A stretch of 64,000 nt of DNA from a virus (lineage: Duplodnaviria; Caudoviricetes), in the IMG/VR virus record IMGVR_UViG_3300046678_000278, positions 1 through 64,000 of that record. One strand, 5' to 3'. Below, piece after piece: positions 56,620 to 64,000 of this stretch (position 1 is its first letter; each line of letters begins with the position of its first letter). A program made the translations under genes and the position numbers. Under the pieces are notes generated by a model. The model made no database searches, had not been told where the DNA came from, and saw only the letters and a program-made list of their open reading frames with translations.

Positions 56620-58552
56620 ATATATCCGTGCCAAGAATTTTCTTTCTATTGGGGAACCGATAGAAGTTGATTTTACTAAATATGGCAATATTGTAACTAT
56701 TAAAGGCGAAAATAGAGATCAAGGCCCAAATGCTAGTAATGGCGCTGGCAAATCTACATTGATAGAAGTTATTGTTTATGCTCTCTTTGGCGAACTTATT
56801 AAGAATTTAAGTCATAAGAAAGCAATTAACATTAAGGCCAAGAAGGGTCTAGAAGTTGAAGTAAGATTTGACTTAGACGGGCACAGTTATTCAATTATTC
56901 GCAAGAGAGAGCCAAACAGCATAGAGATTTGGAAAGATGGAGTTAATGAAAGCAAGGGCGGAAAAGATAAGCAAGAAGAAATTAACAAGATTATAAAATT
57001 AAACTACACAGCATTTATTAATGTTGTTTGTTTCGGTCAACATAATACAAAGCAGTTTCTAGCTTGTAAGGCAGAAGATAAAAGAAATATAGCTGAAAAT
57101 TTATTATCTCTTGACAAGTATAATAATTACTGTAAAATTACTAAAGACAAACTTAAAGAGTTTCAAACTAGACTTGATAATTTTTCTGTTCTTTATGAGA
57201 AGTCAATTCAAGATATTGATACTATTGGAAAACAAATCAAGCAAATACAATGCCAGCAACAAGAATGGAAGACCACTAAGTTGAATGGTATTGATTTTTT
57301 GAATAAAGAAATCGGTAAAATACAACTACGAATGTCGGAAATGGTTGATTCTTCTTCTGCGGACAACTATAAGAAGTTACAAGAAGTAGAAATTGAACTT
57401 GCTGCTAAGATGGCCGACAAGGTTAAAAAAAATGAAGGTTTTAATTTTGCATTAGAGAAGATGAACAAACTCAAGGAAGATAATCAAAACAACATGCTTC
57501 TTATTAAAGAACTTCAATACGCAGTTAGTAGAACTAAGAAAGAAATAGATAACATTAAAATTGGTAATCGTGATCTTATTTCAAAAGATGGCGGAAAGTG
57601 TCCTGTATGTTATGGCATAGTTGACAAGAGCAATTTTGAAAACATACTAAAGCATAATGAAGAACACATACGAACATTATCAGAAGATTTGAATGTTTCT
57701 AATAAGAATTTAGAGAAATATCAAGAAGATTATAAGAAACTTGAAAGTGCTATAAGCAAGATAAAAAGTGCTTATGATGATGCAAAAATTCGTGAATTGG
57801 ATTTGAATAGAACAATAAAAGAACTAGAAAGAAGTAAAAGTATTCTTTCTGCTTCTGTGAGACAAAATGCTTCTTCTGGGTTATTGCTATTAGAACAACA
57901 AATGGAACACATGAAGGACCAACTGGCTGAGACTCAAAAAGAGCTTGAGCTTGGTGATCCTTATGGTGACATCTTAAACACTATACAAGTTGACTTGGAA
58001 AAACTTCTAGTCAAAAACAGCGAATTAAAGAATGATATTAAGGGTATTGAGACAATAAAACCTTATTATGATTTTTGGGTTAAGGCTTTTGGTGATAAAG
58101 GCATTCGTTCTTTTATCATTGACGAGATTATTCCCATTCTCAATTCTAGAATTAGTTACTGGTTACAGTTCTTGGTAGACAATAAGATAAAATTGACTTT
58201 CAATAAAGAACTAGAAGAGAAAATAGAACGTAATCCTGCTGACGGTGATCCATTTGTTTACAATGCCATGTCAGGTGGAGAACATCAAAGAATTGATTTG
58301 GGAATTGCTCTAGCATTTGCGCAAGTGATGATGTTAACCTCCGGTACATGCCCATCTTTGGTTTGTTTGGATGAAGTAGGAACCAATTTAGACAGACCTG
58401 GAATTGTAGCAGTATACAACATGATTTGCGAACTCTCTAGAGAAAAACAAGTTTTAGTTACAACTCACGATCCAGACTTGTTGGAAATGCTAGCTGGTCA
58501 TGAAACCATTAAAATCATTAAGGAAAACGGTTTTTCAAGGATAGAGAAATAA
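56609..58552 (+). CDS. SbcC/Rad50 (gp46-like) ATPase
   Basis: NGAGKST, CPVC zinc hook, MSGGE, LDE, TTH; probable TTG start. Confidence 0.9.
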   Translation: MQIKYIRAKNFLSIGEPIEVDFTKYGNIVTIKGENRDQGPNASNGAGKSTLIEVIVYALFGELIKNLSHKKAINIKAKKGLEVEVRFDLDGHSYSIIRKREPNSIEIWKDGVNESKGGKDKQEEINKIIKLNYTAFINVVCFGQHNTKQFLACKAEDKRNIAENLLSLDKYNNYCKITKDKLKEFQTRLDNFSVLYEKSIQDIDTIGKQIKQIQCQQQEWKTTKLNGIDFLNKEIGKIQLRMSEMVDSSSADNYKKLQEVEIELAAKMADKVKKNEGFNFALEKMNKLKEDNQNNMLLIKELQYAVSRTKKEIDNIKIGNRDLISKDGGKCPVCYGIVDKSNFENILKHNEEHIRTLSEDLNVSNKNLEKYQEDYKKLESAISKIKSAYDDAKIRELDLNRTIKELERSKSILSASVRQNASSGLLLLEQQMEHMKDQLAETQKELELGDPYGDILNTIQVDLEKLLVKNSELKNDIKGIETIKPYYDFWVKAFGDKGIRSFIIDEIIPILNSRISYWLQFLVDNKIKLTFNKELEEKIERNPADGDPFVYNAMSGGEHQRIDLGIALAFAQVMMLTSGTCPSLVCLDEVGTNLDRPGIVAVYNMICELSREKQVLVTTHDPDLLEMLAGHETIKIIKENGFSRIEK

Positions 58553-58638
58553 TCTACCTGCGTTTGCTTAATAACAAAAATAAAATTTAACATTGAGGTA
58601 TTAAATACCTTCACCTAAAAATCGTAAGGATAATATTT

Positions 58639-59616
58639 ATGTCGAACATCTTTAAAGAGCAAATTGCCCGCAAACCAGACCACTACCCTTGGACAAATGA
58701 TTATATTAATGCTATGTGGCAAGGTCATTGGACACCTAATGAATTTAATTTCAGAAGTGATGTTCAAAATTTCAAAACTGACCTGACAGAAGAAGAGAGA
58801 CAAATTATAACTAAAACTCTATCAGCTATTGGTCAAATTGAGATTGCTGTAAAGAAGTTTTGGGCTAAACTGGGAGATACGTTGCCCCATCCTAGTATTG
58901 TAGATATGGGTTTGGTAATGGCTCAAATCGAAGTAGTTCACAATAGGGCTTATGAGAAGTTGCTTGATGTATTAGAGTTAAATCAAGCCTTTGAAGATAA
59001 CTTAAAGTTGGATATCATTTCTGGTAGGGTCAACTATCTGAGGAAATATTTAGAAAAGAACTATTCTGATAGTCAAAAGCAATTCGTATATGCGCTAGTG
59101 TTATTCACTTTGTTTGTAGAGAATGTTTCTTTATTCAGTCAGTTCTACATCGTCTCTTGGTTTCATAGATACAAAAATGTTCTAAAGGATACAGCGCAAC
59201 AAGTTCAATATACTGCGAAGGAAGAGACTTGTCATGCACAAATAGGAATAAAGTTAGTTCAGGTTATTAGAGAAGAACTTCCAGAATTATTTGATGGTGA
59301 CTTAGCCGAGAAAATTCGATATGAGGCAATGGAAGCATATAAAGCAGAAGCTAAGATTGTCGATTGGATGTTAGGTGACTATAAGGACGAAAAGATTAGT
59401 GCGGAAATATTGAAAGAGTATATTAAAAGCAGAATTAATGAATCATTGGTTCAAATAGGATTTAAGAAAGTCTTTGAATTAGATGAAAATATGTGTGATG
59501 AATATGAATGGATGGATGAAGAGGTTTTGGGAAATACAATTACGGATTTCTTTTTTAAGCGACCAATAGAGTATGCAAAGAAGAATCAAAGTTTCAATGA
59601 AGAGGAATTATTTTAA
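58639..59616 (+). CDS. nrdB: Ribonucleotide reductase beta subunit (class Id-like)
   Basis: QIEIAVK, EVVHNRAY, VENVSLF, EETCH, DFF.KRP.EY. Confidence 0.9.
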   Translation: MSNIFKEQIARKPDHYPWTNDYINAMWQGHWTPNEFNFRSDVQNFKTDLTEEERQIITKTLSAIGQIEIAVKKFWAKLGDTLPHPSIVDMGLVMAQIEVVHNRAYEKLLDVLELNQAFEDNLKLDIISGRVNYLRKYLEKNYSDSQKQFVYALVLFTLFVENVSLFSQFYIVSWFHRYKNVLKDTAQQVQYTAKEETCHAQIGIKLVQVIREELPELFDGDLAEKIRYEAMEAYKAEAKIVDWMLGDYKDEKISAEILKEYIKSRINESLVQIGFKKVFELDENMCDEYEWMDEEVLGNTITDFFFKRPIEYAKKNQSFNEEELF

Positions 59617-61268
59617 TGTATGAAAAATATTATTGGATTAACGAAGAGTCAAGGAAATTTTTAGATCGTGGTTACTTAGCCAATAATCAAACTCCACATG
59701 AAAGAATCAGACAAATTGCAGAATGTGCTGAAAAGACTTTAGGCATTGCTGGTTACGCAGACAAGTTTGAAGATTATGTATCTAGAGGTTGGTTTAGTTT
59801 AGCTTCTCCTGTTTGGGCTAATTACGGCAACAATAAAGGTTTGCCAATTAGTTGCAATGGGTCATATGTGTCTGACACTATGAACTCTATTCTAGAAAAA
59901 ACAGCAGAAGTTGGAATGATGACCAAACATGGTGCTGGTACATCTGCTTACTTTGGAGACTTGAGAGGCCGAGGTGCAGGTATTAGTGCTGGTGGAAAAT
60001 CTAGCGGTCCTGTTCATTTTATGGAGCTATTTGATTCTGTAACAAACGTGGTTTCTCAATCCAACGTTCGCAGAGGTTCATTTGCTGCTTATCTAACTAT
60101 AGATCATCCAGACATTAACGAATTTCTTAGTATCAAGAGCGAAGGCAACAGAATACAAAACATATCTATTGGTGTTTGCATATCAGATGATTGGATGAAG
60201 GGTCTTGTTAATGGCGATAAGGATAAAAGAAAGATTTGGGCAAAAGTAGTCCAAAAACGATTTGAAAGTGGTTATCCTTACTTATTCTTTACAGATACAG
60301 TTAATAAAAATTCTCCAAAAGTTTATAGAGATAAAGGTATTAAGATTCATGCAAGTAATCTTTGTACAGAAATTTTTTTGGCAAGCAATGAACTAGAAAG
60401 TTTTGTTTGTGATCTGTCATCTTTGAATCTATTACATTGGGATGAATGGAAAGATACTGATGCTGTAGAGGTATTAACTTACTTCCTAGATGCTGTAATG
60501 GAAGATTACATCAGAAAAGTTAAAGATATTCCTTTTATGAGATGTGCTTATAACTTTGCTGTAAATCAAAGGGCATTAGGCATTGGAGTACTAGGTTGGC
60601 ACTCCTACCTTCAATCTAGAATGATCGCTTTTGAGTCAATGGATGCCAAATTCCTAAACTCAAAGATTTTCTCTACAATTAAGAATAAATCACAAAAAGC
60701 ATCTGCTGAGTTGGCTAGAATGTATGGAGAGCCATCATTACTAGAAGGCTATGGTTTGAGGAATGTAACTACAATGGCAATAGCTCCAACTACTTCTAGT
60801 TCCTTTATTCTGGGACAAGTTTCGCCTTCTACAGAGCCATTGAACTCTAACTATTTTACAAAAGATTTAGAAAAGGGTAAATTTACTTATAAAAATCCTT
60901 ATTTAAAAACTATTCTAAAAAAATACGATAAAGACACAAAAGAAATATGGAGTAGTATTCTAATAAAGGGTGGTTCTGTACAGCATTTGGACTTCTTGAC
61001 AGACCACGAGAAAGATGTTTTTAAGACATTTGGAGAAATTAGTCAGAAAGAAATAGTTATTCAGGCAGCACAAAGACAAAAGTTTATAGATCAAGGACAA
61101 TCTTTAAATTTAACTATTCATCCAAATACCTCACCAAAAGAAGTTAGCAAATTGCTCATAGAAGGGTGGGAAATGGGAATTAAGTCTTTTTATTATCAAA
61201 GAGGCACTAATCCAGCGCAAGAGTTGGGGAGAAATAGTATTTTAGCGTGCAAATCATGTGAAGCATGA
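59616..61268 (+). CDS. nrdA: Ribonucleotide reductase alpha subunit, compact, no ATP cone
   Basis: GLPISC, SNLCTEI, VCDL, APTTSSS, SFYY, C-terminal CKSC. Confidence 0.92.
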   Translation: MYEKYYWINEESRKFLDRGYLANNQTPHERIRQIAECAEKTLGIAGYADKFEDYVSRGWFSLASPVWANYGNNKGLPISCNGSYVSDTMNSILEKTAEVGMMTKHGAGTSAYFGDLRGRGAGISAGGKSSGPVHFMELFDSVTNVVSQSNVRRGSFAAYLTIDHPDINEFLSIKSEGNRIQNISIGVCISDDWMKGLVNGDKDKRKIWAKVVQKRFESGYPYLFFTDTVNKNSPKVYRDKGIKIHASNLCTEIFLASNELESFVCDLSSLNLLHWDEWKDTDAVEVLTYFLDAVMEDYIRKVKDIPFMRCAYNFAVNQRALGIGVLGWHSYLQSRMIAFESMDAKFLNSKIFSTIKNKSQKASAELARMYGEPSLLEGYGLRNVTTMAIAPTTSSSFILGQVSPSTEPLNSNYFTKDLEKGKFTYKNPYLKTILKKYDKDTKEIWSSILIKGGSVQHLDFLTDHEKDVFKTFGEISQKEIVIQAAQRQKFIDQGQSLNLTIHPNTSPKEVSKLLIEGWEMGIKSFYYQRGTNPAQELGRNSILACKSCEA

Positions 61269-61318
61269 TAGTTAAAAAAGTTATAGCTTGAATATATAAA
61301 TGTAAAGGAAATTATACT

Positions 61319-62005
61319 ATGTCAAGTGATATTTTTTATGATAGATTGATTGGGCCAACACCATCTATAGATGTTTCGGATCAAACGGCTACTGCACTTT
61401 CTGTAGGTGGAGAAACAGCACCAACAGAGGTTAGTGCTAAGAATTATGGAACTATTGTAATTCAAGTATCCGGCCCAGGCGACACTCCTCCTGCTTTGCC
61501 AGCTACTTGTGGTGATACTTTAGGTGGCTCTTATACTCTTATTAAAGAGGTTTTATTTAGTGGTTTTGCTTTAGATGTATTTTCGCATATATCTAAAACG
61601 CCTTATGGTGCAACAACCATTACAACTTCTCATCAACCAAGTAAGCGTCGTATTATAATGGCAAGCGAGTGGTATAATCTTAATTCGGTAGAAAAACATG
61701 CTTCTGCGTTTTCAACAACTGCAAGTGCTGCTATTGAACTAGGAGATTTCCATATTGGCAGGAGACATTGGTTAGTTGTAGCGGCAGTAGCAATCGGTGG
61801 TGCTTCTCATGGAGATAGTGTTTCAATCCCTGATGATTGGAACTTACTACAAGATACAGCCACAAATGTTGGTGACAGTAATGATATTCGTCTAATAGTT
61901 GCTTATCAAATTGCAAATAAGCATAAAAAGGTAGATTTCCGCCCAACAATCGGCAACCCATATTCTTGGGGCGGAGTCATGTTCGCATACAAAGCTAAAA
62001 TATAA
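61319..62005 (+). CDS. Probable virion beta-sandwich protein
   Basis: S/T/A/G-rich; TATAAATG upstream; hairpin terminator at about 62024-62050. Confidence 0.45.
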   Translation: MSSDIFYDRLIGPTPSIDVSDQTATALSVGGETAPTEVSAKNYGTIVIQVSGPGDTPPALPATCGDTLGGSYTLIKEVLFSGFALDVFSHISKTPYGATTITTSHQPSKRRIIMASEWYNLNSVEKHASAFSTTASAAIELGDFHIGRRHWLVVAAVAIGGASHGDSVSIPDDWNLLQDTATNVGDSNDIRLIVAYQIANKHKKVDFRPTIGNPYSWGGVMFAYKAKI

Positions 62006-62103
62006 TTTGAGTTAGAAATCATAAAGGCTCTTGATTTTCAAGGGCTTTTTGTTTATATTGCCTTATCAATAATCAATGTTTATTAAATGAACGGAAGCCA
62101 TGA

Positions 62104-63771
62104 ATGTGCAAATTTATTTTCGTGACAGGTGGAGTTATTAGTGGATGTGGCAAAGGGATTTCAGCAGCTTCAATAGGATTGTTACTAAAAATGAGAGGGG
62201 AAAAGGTTCAAATCATAAAATTTGATCCCTACCTCAATATATCAGCCTCAACCCTCTCCCCATACCAACACGGCGAATGTTGGGTTTGTGATGATGGGTC
62301 TGAAACTGATTTAGACCTTGGACACTACGAAAGAATCACTGGTATCGAAGTTGGCAGTAAGAACATTTGTACAAGTGGAACGTTGTTTTCTTCTATTTTT
62401 GACGAAGACAGGGAAGGCAAATACCTTGGCGAAACAATTCAGATTCATCCGCATGTTACGAATAAGATCAATGATACACTCATGAATCTTGGGAAAGAAT
62501 GTGATATTGTTATTTGTGAAATAGGCGGAACGGTTGGCGATTTAGAATCTGGCCACTTCATGATGGCAATTCAACAAATTCGGCAACGCATGGGTGGTGA
62601 TAATGTTTTGATTGTCCACGTAGCGCCCATTTTGTGGCAAAATACGATTGGTGAGTTCAAAACAAAACCACTCCAAAAGTCAATTATTGAACTTCAAAGG
62701 TTTGGAATCCAGCCAGACATTCTACTTTGTCGAACATCACAGTCAGTTCAAGATAAAGTTTTGGTAAAAGTTTCAGAACTAACTGGTGTATCCAGGGAAG
62801 CTGTTTTTGAAGCTCCTGACGTATCAAGTGTATACCAAGTGCCAATATCCTTCTATGATAGACATGTTGATGATTTGATTGCTGATAAATTTCATCTTAG
62901 GCGAACAGGCGTAAGAATCCACAAATACAGAGATTTGGTCGAAAAGTACATTGCTGCAACAGATATGCCAGATATCACTGTTGGTATTATTGGCAAATAT
63001 ACAGCAGTCTCAGACGCATACATTTCGTTGAAAGAGGCAATTTACCATGCTTCTGTCAGTAATAATACAAGAACAAACATAAGATGGATTGAGGCATCTA
63101 AGCTGGAAGAGTGCCAAACAATGAGAGGAATGTCTAAATATTTTGATGGAGTTGATTGCATTATTGTTCCTGGTGGGTTTGACATTCGTGGCGTTGAAGG
63201 TAAGATGAAGGCTATTCAGTATGTAAGGGAGAGAAAAATTCCATTTTTGGGTATTTGTTTAGGTCTTCAATGCGCAGTAATAGAATTTGCACGTAATGTT
63301 TGCGGTATTGACAATGCCAATAGTGAAGAATTTAAAAAAGGCAACAAGGAAATAACCCCTTTGGTTCATTTTATTGAAGGCCAACAAAACATTAAAAAGA
63401 AATCTGGCACATTGCGGCTTGGTGCATATGATTGCGAATTGACCAAGGATAGTTTGGCTGCTAACGTATATAAGAAGAGGGAATGCAGCGAAAGACATCG
63501 CCATAGATATGAAGTAAATTCGGCATATGTTGATTTACTATCTAAAAAAGGATTTAACGTTAGCGGAACCAATCCAGGCACAGGATTAATAGAAATAATG
63601 GAATTGGACAGGTCTTTGCACCCTTACTTCATTGGTACACAGGCTCACCCAGAGTTCAAATCCAGACTTGGTTATGCTGCACCACTTTTCCACTCTTTAA
63701 TCTCGGCTGCTATGGACAAAAAGCAAATAAACCGTAAGATAGGTTCAGAATCCACTTTATTAGAAGACTAA
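62104..63771 (+). CDS. pyrG: CTP synthase
   Basis: FVTGGVISGCGKG, ETDLDLGHYER, EIGGTVGD.E, KTKP, GICLG, ERHRHRYE, HPEF. Confidence 0.95.
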   Translation: MCKFIFVTGGVISGCGKGISAASIGLLLKMRGEKVQIIKFDPYLNISASTLSPYQHGECWVCDDGSETDLDLGHYERITGIEVGSKNICTSGTLFSSIFDEDREGKYLGETIQIHPHVTNKINDTLMNLGKECDIVICEIGGTVGDLESGHFMMAIQQIRQRMGGDNVLIVHVAPILWQNTIGEFKTKPLQKSIIELQRFGIQPDILLCRTSQSVQDKVLVKVSELTGVSREAVFEAPDVSSVYQVPISFYDRHVDDLIADKFHLRRTGVRIHKYRDLVEKYIAATDMPDITVGIIGKYTAVSDAYISLKEAIYHASVSNNTRTNIRWIEASKLEECQTMRGMSKYFDGVDCIIVPGGFDIRGVEGKMKAIQYVRERKIPFLGICLGLQCAVIEFARNVCGIDNANSEEFKKGNKEITPLVHFIEGQQNIKKKSGTLRLGAYDCELTKDSLAANVYKKRECSERHRHRYEVNSAYVDLLSKKGFNVSGTNPGTGLIEIMELDRSLHPYFIGTQAHPEFKSRLGYAAPLFHSLISAAMDKKQINRKIGSESTLLED

Positions 63772-63793
63772 TTGTTCTTTTTGGAGAACTGAT

Positions 63794-64000
63794 ATGATTG
63801 CTGCTGAAAAAAGATACTATATGGTAACTACCAATGGACTTGCAAAAACATCTCCATTTATTGCTTTGGACCCTGATGAAGCTCTCACATATTCTTATCG
63901 TCTTGAGCGATACCTAAGAGCCTTGAAAATGAATCCATCCTTATCAGATGAAAAGGCTATGGCTATCGCAAATGATGAGTTATCTTCACCTTTACCTGAT
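63794..64000 (+). CDS. Hypothetical protein, partial (runs off the right edge)
   Basis: GGAG SD; MIAAEKRYY... open to the window end. Confidence 0.55.
   Translation, partial: MIAAEKRYYMVTTNGLAKTSPFIALDPDEALTYSYRLERYLRALKMNPSLSDEKAMAIANDELSSPLPD

Noticed and set aside
27-63581. Many short track ORFs antisense to or nested in long genes (e.g. 27-209, 15134-15430, 23858-24142, 40019-40348, 49708-49935, 63259-63581)
   Set aside because: Shadow frames of real genes or low-complexity tracts, with no SD or recognisable motif.
1-64000. Stop-codon reassignment
   Set aside because: Known genes are full length in code 11, and TAA, TAG and TGA all end genes at expected positions.
1-64000. tRNA/rRNA genes, DGR or retron components
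   Set aside because: No cloverleaf, reverse transcriptase or TR/VR pair was recognised by eye, and intergenic space is minimal. tRNAscan-SE and Infernal would be needed to exclude them fully.

Overview
AT-rich, densely coding segment of a large T4-superfamily-like myophage (probably a jumbo phage), read in the standard genetic code. No tRNA, rRNA or CRISPR array was seen. Left part: a partial tape-measure gene (missing from the ORF track), a gp2-like DNA end protector, a contractile-tail baseplate module (tube initiator, gp53/LysM, hub, gp5, gp25, gp6, gp7) and three paralogous PKD-domain virion proteins. Middle: sugar-nucleotide genes (rmlA/B/C, MptE/Maf-like), a caspase-family peptidase, thyA, DHFR, a complete PrkA(YeaG)-YeaH-SpoVR(YcgB) set and a secreted trypsin-like protease. 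Right part: an N-terminal-half DnaE, a LAGLIDADG protein with both catalytic acids substituted, a UvsW-like helicase with a class-3 intein, SbcD/SbcC, a class Id-like ribonucleotide reductase and CTP synthase. The best candidate for an undescribed system is a family of four small proteins sharing an N-terminal hydrophobic-x-hydrophobic-x-Y-[KR]-K-P tag, each fused to a different payload: an RNAP alpha-CTD, a copy of the PrkA C-terminus, and possible capsid-protein fragments. Three of the four sit in tandem between prkA and yeaH, and one of these is absent from the ORF track. About ten scattered genes start with a T4-like capsid-targeting sequence, including a second alpha-CTD and an ADP-ribosyltransferase-fold protein. 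Many late-type genes have TAAATA only 4-6 nt before the ATG. Several motifs hint at a Planctomycetota host (inference). All family calls come from motif recognition by eye; no database search was run.
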